64,000 nt of DNA from Lingula anatina (lineage: Eukaryota; Animalia; Brachiopoda). The stretch lies in the NCBI GenBank assembly GCA_051362555.1, contig CM120640.1:19158001-19222000 (forward strand), given 5' to 3'. This document shows, piece after piece, positions 1-14,800 of this stretch. How positions within the stretch are numbered: the stretch's first letter is position 1; every line of letters begins with the position of its first letter. The translations under genes and the position numbers were made by a program. The notes under the pieces are model-generated. The model worked only from the letters and a program-made list of their open reading frames with translations, had not been told where the DNA came from and searched no databases.

Positions 1-2834
1 GGCAGTGAAAACGAACTTATTTATCCAACTATGCGCAACAAAATGACTAAAATTGAATTTCCCCTGGGCTGAGTTTATGGGGCCTCTGTTGTCATAACGA
101 CAGTATCACCTAGTGCACTAGGTATTATGTGAGAAACCCCCCCCCCCAAAGATTTTTTCTCGTGGTTTACTATGTCATACCCTGCAAGCCAAGGCACACA
201 GGTAGAGGAGCACGTGATTTTCATGAGGAACTAGCTTCCAACGTACTGTTGTAGGCCTACATGTATGTGGACTTTTCTCCCCGAGCCATCGTCTTCATGT
301 CAGAGAGAACGGTATTATACAAGATTTCTCAGCAGGGCCTCCAAGATTAGCTTCTAATGATGGCAGAATGTAAACAAACACACCGCATGACAAGTGTCTG
401 ATGAAAAATATGATAATATTTAGAAAAGAGAACACGATTCGCGGACCACCAGCTAGCTGTGATGGCTTTCAAGCTTATTTCAAACACTGCATTTTGTTTT
501 CACTCGAAGTAACCACAACAGCCATGAAGAAAAATACTGTCAAACTACATGGTCAAAATATCCATGTTTTTATTGCGTATCGATGTAGAAAGGCTAATCT
601 TATTAGTTTGCGCTCGATACTCGTTCTATCAATATTACATTAGAAAATGTGGGATGAATTTTTTGTAAACCTTATCAAACGCACGAACATATTTATTTTT
701 CGGAACTGATATCAATTTATGGTATTTTATCAAATAAAGAACTTCATACTCGTTTTTGTACGTCTATGTTCATTCCCAATATTTGCATGATCTTGCCGGT
801 CCAACGCCAGGGCCAGGGCACGTGTTTTGAAAACCCGACAGATTACTAGTCAAAACAAACTTGTTAGCGTCGTCAGCTTGTCCCTCATATCTTTTAAAAC
901 ACTACGATCATCGCTAATATTTTGAGAGTCAAGTAGCTGGCCACTTAGAGGAACGATAAGCATATATTGCCATGACTTTGAAATAAAAGAGCAATAAGAA
1001 ATGAATGACTTATTGCCGCCTTTAGAATGATATGGCAAGCCAAGGTTCATATGAAATGGAGTGCTGACACCGTGTTTGGGTTTTATGTATTCATATATTT
1101 GTAATTCGTTTTATTTTAGGTTATTGGGCAATCAAATAAAGTAGTTACACAAATTGTTAATGGTTTTACACTTCATGAACCGAGGCGTCAGAACACTGAC
1201 AGAGCATGAATGTTTTCTGGCAACATACTATACCGCGAAGACTTGTACAAATATTTACCGGAGTGCATCAACGATCGGGAAAAAATACTTCATAGCTCAA
1301 ATATCCGCATTCCTGTGGTCTAGAAGTCACTTCAGAAGGGGCTGATTCTCGATATTAATGAAGGACTGAAAGAGAGAGTGCAGTAAACAGAGGGCAAGTG
1401 CTAGATGATTAGCGTAACCCAACCACCTACTCGAGGTTTCAGTACAAACTTCCTCGCTGCTTGTATTTTACTGACTTTTACCTATGTAGGTTGCGTGCGT
1501 ATTCACGGTTCCTTACACCGATTAGTCATTTATACACTGAACAGAGGGCATTTTTAGCACTGGAAAACAATTACGCAAAGAAGGATAATTTCTTGTATAA
1601 AACAAGTTCAGAATTTTGTTTACCCTGTCAGTCTTGACGTAGTTCCTTGTAACTGTGCTTTGTACACGCTAGATGTCTTATGGGGTTGGGAAAAAAGATG
1701 AGCCCTTTGCACGCCATCCTTAGTAACAATTTGAACGTAGGGGACGAGCAGAAGGCATTGGGTTTATGAGCGAATGTGTGCGCACTTTAATTAAATGGCA
1801 CGCACAGATTCAGGTGGTGAAGTTAATTAATGACTGATGATTTGCTTATTGGTTTTGGATAGAGCCTTGTATTAAAGTCACGAAGGGGCGCGAAATTATT
1901 GATACAGTCGCCAAACAAGGTGTAATAAAGCATTGATTGTATGCTACAGGTACTTGTGCATGGTCATGGAATGAACTTTGCTTTACGTTAAAATGACCGA
2001 CCCCGACAAGGTGTTAGAGTCAGTTGAGGGTATTATGTCCATCCCCAGCTGTCCAAATATCGCCGGACTGTTAAAAGCCCAGCCGTCAAGCAAGTGACTG
2101 GAAACAATGAAGTGCTTTTTAACCTTGGGTTCGTCACACCCGCTAAGGAAAATAAATGTAGAGGTGTCAAGCGTTACCCGTTCCATGAAATCTGTCGCGT
2201 GTCGACCACCGTGTGCGAAAGCTTTGTATACTGTTGGCTGACTTATTAAAATCGCACCTTAATGAATGTGCACCGAATGACCCTTGTATCCCAGCATGCA
2301 CAAGCCTCTACGGATGGGGTGTATATTTAAGCTTTGATAGACAAACAGGGGTAGCACTACGTTTGTCGCATTCTATCATATAAAGAAGACACCGCAGATT
2401 CGTGTCCATGACAGCATTTTCTCTTGAAGAATCAGCACAACTGTTTATTTTACTCCAGCCGACGTAAGTTATCTTTTTAAACATTTATTTACCGTGTAAT
2501 GATTATAACTGAGGGGGTTTCGAGGTACGCTCCTGAGATTTCTGTTTACAACAAATTAAATCAAATAACTCTCAGATAAAACATGCGTACATGTAAACTA
2601 TATTATCAAAGTGCAGCACTTGAAGATCTAAACCAGATTGGAGGGGGCGAGATATTTGTGTGGTTTAAGATCCATACTCATCTACGGTACTGTTGAAGGA
2701 GTGATTGAATTAATTAAGATTTTTAGAAAATGTGCGATGGTTGTAAGTGCAACTGAACACTTTTTTTCTAAAAAAAAGATCAACAAGTGTCTTGTTTGAT
2801 GCGAAGACCCGTAATCGCGTTATCACGCCGCCTT

Positions 2835-2837
<3 letters not shown>

Positions 2838-2865
<28 letters not shown>
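2838..2865. repeat. Poly(T) tract, about 28 nt
   Basis: Direct reading. Confidence 0.9.
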
Positions 2866-2867
<2 letters not shown>

Positions 2868-5800
2868 GTAGTACTATAAAACCCATTCAAATAACAATCC
2901 ATTTTTATCAGCAAGTAATAATCTAAGGGTCTGAGGTGATATTTGCCTTACAATGATATGACAGCTCTTTTACTCTCGGGGCGGAAGGTGCAAGAGACCT
3001 TAAGGGAAACCTGAGTCTCTTTTCTTGCTGCTTGATTATATCGACTATATGTGAAAATGCCTTTGCAACGCTGAATTACGTCCGTTGTAAAATCTTAGAA
3101 CCATACCTATTATTGGAGTGATATAAATTTCTGTTTTCTTTACCAAAAGCAAATGTTTTTACTACCAACATTTTATGACATGTTTCATTTCAAGTTACGA
3201 GTTTGACTCCAGTTGTCAATCATTGACGTCTGAGTCAGATATTTGGCAAGAAACACGCTTTTCAGATCCAGCGCAATTCCTTATTAGTCCTCATAAAGTA
3301 GAAGACGGGAAACTGACGAAGGAAAGCCTTCTGAAGTCTTTAACCCCATCACTCATTCTACACCTCGAGGGGCTCGCGGTTCTCCTTTTCTTGTGTCTTG
3401 GGAGCAAACGTGTAATCACAGCGTAACGCAGGCTTCATCAGCAAGTTAATTATCAGGGATTAGGAAAGTTCAGTGCGTTTAATCAAATTGATGTTGGATT
3501 AAGGTGTTTGTTCTGCTGCTCATTTTCATTAAATAACCATACAGGGTCTATACCTCAAATGGAAAGTTACTGCTGTCCAAGAGGGGCGTGGGAGACATAA
3601 AAGCCATGGTAGAAAATAATGATAAATACCCTCTAATATCTAGTTAAGTAAGTACCCGATATTAAGGATTAAAAATGTACTTGTTTTTGGCTGAAGTGAC
3701 CGGCGCCTGATGAAGAAATGTAACGTTCCATTAACCTTTTCACTTCTGATATTTACCCCAGTGTTTACAAGGCTGAGACCTTTTTGGATAGTGCATGCCA
3801 TGCATAGGCTGTTCTTTCTGCTATCTTGACATGTTGGCAGGCCGAGGTTGTGTTACACCTACCCCACGTTTGGGCTCAAAGTCATTCAGTGGCTCACATC
3901 TTGTTTTGATTGAATTATGGCCGACAATTGCAGCGCATCCGATAGGACGTGAGATAGATACCAACGGAGCACGTTGCCGACATAACAATGCCAGAAACTG
4001 AAAGCTTTGCCTGGCCCCCACCCTTAGATACGATACTTATACGTTGTCATGTATACAACTGCCAAAAAAAGTTGACGTTATCAAATGGATGCTGGCCCTA
4101 AGGCACTACGCAAAAGATGTCTCCACTATTTGCCCTTGCTTCAAATTGCTCTTTCTATCGAATATCTCAATAAACCATAAATATGAATAGGCAGGAGGGA
4201 GCGATAAGGCATTTATTTCTTTAGCGGTGTCTTGAAAATTATGCAACGCGGGGTTGACAGGTTGCCACGGGGGTTCATTTAGAAGTTGACCAAATTTATA
4301 TCAATATTGACTATTCGGACATGGCAATGGTTGTACAACCGCGGAAGAAAAGACCATAAAATTGCTTTAAGCTTAACGCAATGTGCTAAGTGTATTAAGG
4401 ATATGTAAGGACTGTATTCAGTTGACAAAATCACTCTATAAAACTCTAATGGCATTAACAGATTTCGTATTGTTGATCTCGCTTGGTGGCATAGGTAAAA
4501 GGGATATCATGTCTGGGCGGTGGGGACCTGGGTTTGGTGGGAGTTTCATAATCACACGTTGATGGATATCTCAGGCGCGTGAAAGAGCATTAATATAAAT
4601 GACAGGGCCTATAAAAGCAGCCCGATGTGGCATAATTACAAAGGGGGAGTACGCAAGAACTTTTTATGACACCTAGTTATCATATTAAGTTTGTCCTTGA
4701 CGCTTAGAAAGATAATGCACACTTCTAGAGAATGGGGGGTGGGGCCAGGGAGCCGTAGGGTGGACGAGGCCGTTCAAATTAACATCAATGCGAAACATTA
4801 AATGTGACGAGTTTATTGTAATTAGAGTAAGAGTTTATTTTAATAAACCTGATGTTAGGAACGTACTGTGACTTATATCATCTTAGTTTGACAAACATCG
4901 ACACTGATAAGAGTTTTGTGATAGACAGCTCGCCAAAATACTAGTGCAAGGCTCCGATTTGTATTAGCTACCAATGCCTGCTTCGTAATTACCGACTGTC
5001 AATCACAGGATTCGAAACCCACCCGCTTAATCCATCTAGATAATTTTGATTGACACAAATTGTTTTTAATAAGTGCGAGGCATGTTCTCTTCAATAAGTG
5101 ACGACGATCAAATGACTTTTCGCTAATCGGTAAGGCTGGGAAGAAAGATAAGAGAGGTGGCAGAATACAAAAAAATCCAATTTATTTCGTAGGTCACATT
5201 TCTTGCCCTTGTGTTAGAACGTGGATCGGACCACGCAGAGCAAAGGAATATTTCTCAAACTGACTAATAAACACATGTTGTTATTTCCCTAAAACGACGA
5301 GTGTAGAAAATGTTTATTATGTTTATTTAGAAAGATGAGTGCGTTGCGTTTTTGGTCCGCGTGATGCGTGCCGTTCTGTAGCTTAGGGATTAGGACAGTA
5401 AGTAGTTGCACTTGGGCCAGTTTTAAGGATGGCCTGTTGTGGACCTGATGACCAGATGTAATAATAATTACAAGAATGCAAATGATAAGTATCGATGTCC
5501 CGTCCAAGCCAACATGACGCAACATCTGCAAATTAAATCAAGATTAAACTCGGGTCAACTGAGTGCGTTTGCCACTCCGCATGAAAGCACCATAGAAAGT
5601 ACTGTGAAGCATTGATCATTGCTGGTAATGGTATTGTGACGTTACGTGGGGGAAGAAACATAGTCATTCGAATGCTATCAGGAATGAACGATTTGTGAAA
5701 TTATTCTACCCAAATCTGGGCTTGACCACTTCATTCTTAGAAATCATCAAAGAAGATTTTTGCTAAAAACAAAAAGAAAAAAGCCTTTGGGGGTGATCGT

Positions 5801-8069
5801 TCGGGTGCAAATGTAAACGCAATATTCTGATTTTTCTTGGTAACAGATATATGCAGATATGTCTGAAAGTCACAAAAATAGATACCCAGTTGCACGCACT
5901 CACGCGCAGATGTTCCTATTGAACACGTTCTGTCACAAAAAGATCTACGAGGGCGCCAAATGACAACCATATCACAACGTCGACAGTTCAATTCGTCAAA
6001 AAAATCTTGGATTTGATCCACCGCTAATTTACCACATAATTGTACTCAACAAATCAAATTGTTTTGCTAACCGCCATTCAGAATTATACGACAAGGCTAG
6101 ATGAGTTTGGAAGCAAACAACCCTCTCCTCTGACCTCAGAGGCCACGAAAACCGCAGTCATTTGCTCACGTACACGGTAGGGTCTGTGACGGTCTCCACA
6201 TTACCACCACTAGGGCTCCAGACGACTAACCAAGGCAAACCATCCCTAAATCATTGACGTCCAGAGTTGCCATTTAACACGCGCCCTGCTAGAACAGGGC
6301 CCGCCACAGACAAGCACGCACACGTAATGAGATTAGATAATTAAACATGGAATGATTAGCCATGTTATTTTATCTTGAATGGTTTTATTTGAGATCAGGT
6401 TAGAATAGGGGAGAAAGGGGAGGGCTCCCAAAAAAGAATGAGATAAATGGCAAGCGACAGGCTCTTACATTTCTAAATCGTGTTATCCGCCCCCGAGACC
6501 ATCGGCAAGTTTTAGTAAGCAGGCGGACTCCCTGAAAAATTACTAACTAATAGGAGAAATGGTGAAGAATCACTGATGAAGAAAAACGAACTCAAATAAT
6601 GTTCTTTTAGTGTGCCTCTACAGAAGAGGGTTACTTAGTGTAGAGAAATTTGCATTACAAATCGTTCGTAAAGACCCGTGAGCGATCGAAATCATGTAAT
6701 CCGCTTAAAGTTACCCAGGGGTTTTTAAACGGGCCGAGGAGTGTTTTCAAATACAAGCAATTCTCCATAAATTGGGACATTATTCTCTTTATGAGCCTAA
6801 GTGCTTAAAAGGATTCAGATACAAGGTCTGCGTTTGCTTGCTGCTATCGCTTCATACAGCTCAAGAGCTCTCATGACGGCAGTACTGTTGCGTCGTATTT
6901 TCCTTTAACACACCTCTTTAAAATAAAGCTTTTTTAGCAAATGAATAATGCACCTGGCCATCAATGGAGAAAACGAACACTTGAAGTGCGGCGAGCTCTA
7001 GCTTGCAAGAGGAACAGACTAGAAGGTGTATGTCAATCATCTTGTGACGGTCGCTGGGAAAACAAAGGTGTAATTGTACGCGACAAGTTTCTCTTCGGTT
7101 TCAGTTTACAATCCGAACAAACAAAGCATGTGTACACGCTTTCACTAAAGCTTGTATATTGACCGGCCGTACGTTAGAACACGGAAATGCGTTTTCTCAG
7201 CAAACTGCCCCATCGTGCACTAAGACAGGTACGCTAATACTCTTAAAAGAGACGCACGAGGTACGCGCCCCGGGGGTCCGAGCCCCAGAGATGGTGTCCG
7301 AGGTGATGGGCAACGGCTGGTGGCACGCTCAATGCCCTGGCGTCCCATCCTAAACTAGGGTTCCCACAGGGGGTGGGCTCGGGTGCTGAGAGCGTATTAT
7401 CCCGTATAGAAAACGCACTAGGATCTGGCAGTGACTTTTTTGATAGACGTGAGGGAATCTTAACTTAGCTTGTAGAAATGCCAATCAATCGACTGGTAGA
7501 TTGTCCAAAAATCAGCGCGCGTTTAACTAAGGATTCTGTTGCATTTTGAACATCCTATCTGGCAAGTTGCAGGACTCCGCAAAAATGCGCGTGCACTTTC
7601 GATGTGCCAAAGGCCTCCAAGAGCAAATCACTAGATGAGCAGGCAGGTGTCTGTTAAGACATTCCGGAGAAAAGTTAAGTGCTATCGACCTCTACTGTTT
7701 TGGCAGTGAGCAAGGCAAATCTCGAAGGATATTATGCTAAAATTGATCTTTAGATGATAACAAGCCAATTTTTGGTAATGCAGTTTAAGGACATCATCAG
7801 CGTCATGAGTGCGAAACAGACAACAGCGATAACACTAACAAAACCCACTCCGGGGGCCATTCACTCGATTTATTTCCATATATTTTTTTCGTGTAAATGT
7901 GAGTAGCGTATAATTCTTCGTGCACGTGCCTACTTAAATCTTTAACACACTGTGCATAGCAATATTTGTTCTCTGTTCAATGATGCATGGCCGTGGGGCT
8001 GTACTTAACCCCACCACCTTTTGGACGAGTTCACTTTGTCCTTAAAGTGTGTGTAGGGCACGGGGAAGT

Positions 8070-8460
8070 GCGTGCGCATGCAGTAAGTGGTTCTCATCAT
8101 TTCGGAGTCCCCAGCGAGGCGGAGCGCTTGTCAACCTGTGCCAAATTGATCAATTAACATACCACAAGGAAGCTTTCAGACCATTGGTTCCATCCTGCAC
8201 CCCTAGCACTGTCAAACCAGCGGGCCTTATAAGCCGGGGCTCTTAGTGGAGGGATCAGATTGTGCATCCACGGTGCACAGAAAGGACGGACCGTCATAGA
8301 TAGTCGTCTACAGTAGTATACCACATATGTAGAGATAAAACGTCGACCCTCGGTTAACTTATTGCTGCTAAGATTTTTTTGCTGTGATATATTTTTTTTC
8401 CTGCGCAAGTAATAGTTAGGCATTGTCTTATCGAAGTCTCCGCTACAATTGCACATTTTG
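8070..8460 (+). promoter_or_regulatory. Candidate proximal promoter and non-coding first exon of the CYP gene
   Basis: TGCGCATGCA (NRF1-like) near 8073, TATA-like TTATAAG near 8227, consensus donor TTG|gtaagt at 8461, 274 nt upstream of the acceptor at 8734. Inferred from motifs only. Confidence 0.4.
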
Positions 8461-8734
8461 GTAAGTGGTACTTGTGTGCGTTTCTCCGTTATTTCTAGAT
8501 TGAAATTGGGAAAGGATTCCCAGGTTTACTTAATTGTCAATTTGGCTATTTATAGTGATGTGGGTATCTTTATTTTTTAAAACGGTAATCCATGTCAGGT
8601 GTGTCACCGTACTTAAAAGCATCGCACCCGAAGTGAACGCTCAGTCGGGTGGTGGAGATAGCGGATTATATGCGGACATACCATCTCATCTTAGACTTAA
8701 AACGCGATAACACTTTTCTCTCTAATTGTTTTAG

Positions 8735-8812
8735 GTCTGCGAACTGAGAAGAAATGGGGGTCATCACGGTCGTTTTGGTGGTAGGAGCTATAGGCTTAAG
8801 CTGCCTTTATTG
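8735..8812 (+). CDS. CYP coding exon 1 (membrane anchor; ATG at 8754)
   Basis: Acceptor ttgttttag before 8735, hydrophobic 20-aa stretch, donor TG|gtaagt at 8813; phase 2 matches the exon at 16599 (TG|G = Trp). Confidence 0.85.
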
Positions 8813-11800
8813 GTAAGTAAAACTTAGATTTATCTCCTTTTTGCCAAGCAGTCGTATTATGTGTAATAATGCATATATATGAATGGATCTTTTTGTTGAG
8901 GGTGAGAATTAATTACAGGACTTTTTGATCCTCTCGATGCTTTACTTTCTTGACGAGACACCTTTAAACACAATATAGGCCTCTGAAGTGACAGTCGACA
9001 GAGCAGAGCCATGTCATCTAGGTGTGATGATTTTGCCCTTCGGTTCTTAAACCGTTCATTAGGGTGGTGTCGGTTACACAATATTTTGCCACTTGTCTGT
9101 GCATCGCTCGTGTCCGAGATTTCGGTTTCTCATTCTATGCTCCACGGTGCAAACTTTTATCACTAGTGATTCAGAGTATTATATGCTATAACACGTACAT
9201 GTTAGTTATATTATTTCTTTTACTTAACAGAATGATAGCATTAGCGGGTTTAAACGACTTTTTAAGACACGCGTGAATATACATAGAAACCAACAGGGAA
9301 TCGATTATCCCTCTCCTACGTCCGAGGAATTAATAGGGAAGTGACCGTTGGTCATCTGGCTTATCAGCCGGGGTTTTTCCGATCAGTTACATTTATTAGC
9401 TCACCAAAGGGATGCGCCTTTAATTGGATTTTGCATGGATCCTTGTAACTAATGCACGCTAATGCACAAAAACCTTGTTACACAAATAAACTGCTTATAA
9501 CTCCCCCTTGGTGTATTACCAACTAATTGGCAGGAGCTTCACGGATGGATTTGGAGATTTGGTTTTCAACCCCACATTTTCAGTATCGATTCATCATTAA
9601 GACAACACTTTTTTCGATGACCTCTAAGGCAGTTCGCACGCGGGATCACTTGCACTCACGGTCTAGGTAAATAACCTGCTGAAATCGGAATTCTCTCGTA
9701 CCTCGGTACGGTCCCCACGTGTCAGCGGTGCGGGGTAGGATGCACTTGGCATTCGCCGAGTGCATTTCACGCGCCCTAAATAGCGCTCCACTTCACCACA
9801 AGACACGAAAACAAACCATGGAGATTTCTAAGAGTAATGTGAAACATAAATGTTTATAATTCACTTGTCGTAATCTTTTAGGACTTAGGGCAGTCAATAT
9901 GCACTGTGGATTGCTTTGATCGCTCTTATTAGCTCTAATAGGAGCATTAAACCGTTGGTCACCACCGCGCGAGATACTTAAGGCAGTTTTCCCATTGTTT
10001 CTAAGTGGTCTCGTGGAGCCATGTAAAGACAATTGACAGACCTTGATGACCACTGAACCTTCCCCTTTAGACGCCAGAAGAAAGTTTATTGCCTTTATTA
10101 AAGGCCGAGAAATAAACAACAATGACTCCATGTCCCTGATATATGGCAAGGGAGCGGGCACTGCCATCCCCCTTCCTTTTGAGATCAGAAATTAAGGACC
10201 AATTTACTCACAGCGCTTCTACCGAGTTTGGTGTTATGTAAAATGGCCCTAAGTTTCTCGCCACAATAAATGTGGTTACACACAATCAGTAAATCACCCA
10301 TTAAACTTCCAAAACATCCACAGTCATTCCATTAACATTTACGGGATGAGAATACCCGCCAACACACTCTTAAGTACTAACCAGGGACGATGAAATGGCC
10401 CAGAGCGCCCAGCATAGATACTGACATTTAGGTCTATTCTCCATTTAATCTATTGGCAAATGATTATTTTCGTCAGAAATAAACACTGCCATTTGGGAGG
10501 AAATTGAGAGAAATAGCTTAGATTTAGTGAGCCTGGCTTCCTTTTTTAGTGTAAAAATATAGATTTTTCTCCGCCTTCATGCTCCGCCTTACTCCTACTT
10601 CATTTAATTTCATTTAAAGCGTCATGACCCGATTTACTTAAATTCCCCACAAAACCAGTGCGCTGATCCAAGCAAATAAAGTAAAAACAAGAGGTCGTTA
10701 AGTAACAAATTATAATTGTAAACAGGCTTTTTTGAGTGAATTCAGCACCAGCTGATGCAAGGGCAGCACTCGTGTGTGACATGAGATTTATGAGAAGAAA
10801 TGCCGATAGTGTCAACAGAATTGCCGTCATTTTTACGCACATTTGCGTTTCTGGCAGCTCCGATAGGCTTGATCAAATTAGGACGAAGCCTCTAACTAAA
10901 CGAGGTACGAAGCATGAAGTCATTGTATCCACTGGCACATAATAGACCGTGATGATGCTGAACCTATGGAAAGAACTGGTTTAAATTGGAAGAAATGAAT
11001 ACTAAATGACTATTTTCAAGTAAAACTGATTGCCGTGTATCCCCGAGAGTAGCGGATCACGCAAATTTCAGATTCCGCAGTTGAGGAAAGTGCCAAAGTA
11101 GAAAGCAATACCACAATTTTATAAATAGTATTTTTGGTTTATTTTTACTCCCTGCGATACGAGAAATGGCAAATGTCAGAGATAAACTCATTGAATTTCA
11201 ACCAGGGAATGGAATTACAAAATGTAACGATAAAAGACCAGAAAAATAATAATAACGATGAACAATAATAATAAAATAATAAGCCGCGCAAAGTGACCAC
11301 GTTTGTTCTTACATTTCAACAGATGAATAGTTTTTTTCATAGTTTTGCAAACTTCCTACAAACCATTAAACCCTTGCGCAATGTTTGAAGAAACAATAGG
11401 CAGACGACTAGCGGACTGAGACGCTCTGGCGGGATCTGTCAGCGTCCCGGGAGATTTGACCATGGTTCTCTGCGGGACTTTGACAGCTGGCAACATCCCA
11501 TTCAATTTTTACCCGCTCACCTCTCGCCGCCCCCTGCTTAGAGCCGAAATCATCTCCCGTGTTCGTTTTCTACTTTGGACTTAACATGAGAACTATTTCA
11601 AACTCTGACTTCTACTTTTATGCCCAGCAGGTCTTAGAGACAATTGACTTCACATTAGTATATTTTCCCTTTCAAATTAAGCCCTTTCAATCCTCACTTC
11701 CAATTTCTTGGTAAAAATAACACAACGTTTGAATACGTATACGATATTATTGTTTTTTGCTACCAGCTCAAAATGTTCTGTTATGTAATGTTTTCAGCCT

Positions 11801-14800
11801 TTATTTCATACGTTAACCACTTCTGGGAAACTCATTCTGTATCAGATAAAAAACATTAATTAAACAAAGTGCCAAAATTCTGAACAGCTTGATCGATGAC
11901 TCTAATTACCACGGTGAGAAATGCACACACAAGCAACAGGTGATCCAAGTACCCGGCGAACAATCGACATTTTAGTTGCCCTTTTCGACCTTGCAGATTC
12001 TCAGGAGGCATTTCAGCTACTCGTTTTTCTCACATAATCACTTCTTTTGGCATTTATAACGTGGATCTTCGAAAAGAGATGCGATATGATTAATTGCGGA
12101 GCAGCGTTAAGAGCTAAACCACCTGAAACCTTTAATAAATATCTACGTCCACTGCGCCACAGCTGACTGTATGGATTATTGAGGAAGGGGTATCACCGCA
12201 TCAAGCGAAATTCACTACAGATTTCAGCTAACTTACGAATATTTATATATATAAGGACAATAGTTTCGCGAAAATAAAATACATTTCTTTTCAAGTCATA
12301 TGGCTGCGCGGCCGTCGGAAAGATGGTGAAGGTGCCCTGATGATGAAAGTGGCGATTTGTGTAAAGGGAATTTATATTGTTTTTGTGGTAAGCCAATAAC
12401 AGAAAATTAGTTTTAACAAGCCAGAATGCTGTTTCTTATTCTATTTGAAAAAGAAAAGCCTAAGCTAATTAACTTAAAATGTTTTCAATTATCATTGTTG
12501 GTAATGGAAACTTGTGTTGCCTAACGTTTCACAGACGTCTTAACACTTGTACTAATCATGTTTTGTAGCCCAGAATAGCTTCATGTAAGAAATATGTAAC
12601 AGTGAAAGCTTTAAAAAGCTGCTGGGGTGAAAAGTGCGCTGTTTTTTATAATTACTTGGGTGTTATGGGGCATATTACAGACTCGATACTGTTTGTTCAG
12701 GTTAGACATACCCTCCCTCCTGTGAAGGGAAAACTTACACGATATATCATTTTAATCTCGTATGGTCACTTGCACGTATGCATCCCGCCTCCAAGGGTGG
12801 ACACAATTTCGGCAATTCACGACCTTTAATAGTTTCCTTCCCGTACCGGAACACGATGTTATTCTTGATTTTTGAAACGAATTTTTCAAGCCAATTTTTT
12901 ATTAAGTAAGAACCAAAACGTGTCGTAAATCAGGCCTTCCTTTTGTTAACCGGAATACGTTGCTTGCTTTCGAGTTGTGCGTATATTTTCAACGATAACT
13001 GAATTTTAGAGCAGAAAGGTTAGGACAACGGTATAACACACGATAAACAACACAATGGCTTTGTGTTAAAAGGCCTGGAGGAAAATATTTCTAGAAAACC
13101 ATAACAAATTATCGGAATTTTATTGAATAATGATGGTACAATGTGTACCACGAAAAGCTTTCAGCGTTTTTAAAAAGGTTTGACGTGTTGTTAATCAGAT
13201 CTTTGCGGTATTAAGCCAGGTTCATAGCGAAATGTCTGTTTACTTAATACTTCACTTAAAGTTCACTTACAAATCAGAGCCAGCTCCAACAAAATATCAG
13301 ATTTATCTGCATAACGATACACTTGGCAAGTGAAGCTGCCTGGCTTATGTATATATTTATTGCTTATTTTTGTTCCGTTAATATTAAACTTTTACTTCAA
13401 TATTTAGGTATTTTACTTTGCCAAGGGCCATACCCCTATAGCTACCCAGTCCTATTCAAGAAATGACCAACGAATTGCACTGCTTGAAAATAAACAAATG
13501 TATGCGATGATCGCCAAAACTCTTTGTAAACATTGGATGCAAAGAAAGTATTTTCAAATATATTTCCTAGCAAACGGGTGCAGCTATGTAAACATGGTTA
13601 ACTCCTTTATTCAAATTAAGTGCGTGTAATTATTTGATAACACTAATTAAACAATTAACAAAGAAAAGGGTTCCAAACATTCGTGTTTATTCAGTGTATT
13701 CAGTGTTTTGACGCATCACCGTGAAAGTACTAAGTTCCGATCTCTCCAAATTTAGTTCCCTGTGCTTGTCCTTCGTGCCGTGGTCTGAAAACGGCGCAAG
13801 GGGACAACACGGGGTAACTGGTAACTATTTCAGACCCTGCACCAAGCGAACCTCGCTTGCTATGGCTGCTCATCCCGAACCGGGTCCCCCCCAACACCTA
13901 TAGCGACCTGTTACGTTGCAACTAGCTTTGAAAACACTCTGCAAGCCTTAACTGCTTTGGTCATTGAAGAATGCACCGAGTGACACTGTAGAAGGCATGT
14001 GAGATACATAGTAGTATGCGCGCCGGCACGAAACGTTGCACTCAGATTGATAGCCGACCTTGTTACCGACGTAATGCCCCAAATTTGAGAGAAGCACAGA
14101 AAACCAAGCGTTTGATGATACCAGTTTTTGCCCTTTTTAATTTATTTCAGTTTGTCATCAGAAAGTTTTTATTTTTGTCATTCGAGGATTGATTCAAACG
14201 TCCATCAACTGGTCATCGTTTGACTGAAGGTTTCCTACCCTCTCTTGTCCAGTTATGGTCACAGTAAAGTTTATTACAAGGTCATATAAACAAAGGTACA
14301 CTGCACCGGTTGACTCTAAACTTTTCCCATCTTCGCCGGGTAATTGATAATATGCGTTGTGGTATCTACTTTGATTAGAGGAATAGGCCTAACTAGCGAT
14401 CGACACGCATTGTTTTTTAGCAAGTCTCTTTTGGTCTCATTTTCACGCCGATATTCAGCACATGTTACAGCGATTAGGGAAATTTGTTTATTTCGCTTTG
14501 ATGAGTTTAGCAGCAATAAGTTATCATGCATAGCAGGAACGAGTGCAAACCGCGGATTTTTACCCCCCTCCCCACACACACACATACACAAACGCACATG
14601 ATACGTGTTCCTGTGAACGAAAATAAAAAAAATATCAGAATTTATACCAGGCAGATATCAATACCAATGTGATTTTTTTTCATGACGTCGGTGAGCGTTT
14701 TGTCATGTTTTGATACGTGACTAAAGGAATTTGGAATGTTCAAATGAAATTGAATGAACATGAGAAGGAAGTATTACAGAAATTGACCTAATCTAAATTT

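Noticed and set aside
1491-1497. Xenobiotic response element TTGCGTG upstream of the CYP gene
   Set aside because: An isolated 7-mer is expected by chance in this much sequence, and AhR/XRE control is characteristic of CYP1 rather than clan 3.
2838-2865. Poly(T) as the tail of a minus-strand retrocopy
   Set aside because: No target-site duplication or recognisable element body next to it.
7260-7400. HDV-like ribozyme
   Set aside because: A P4-like stem followed by CTAA is present, but P1, P3 and L3 could not be built on either strand.
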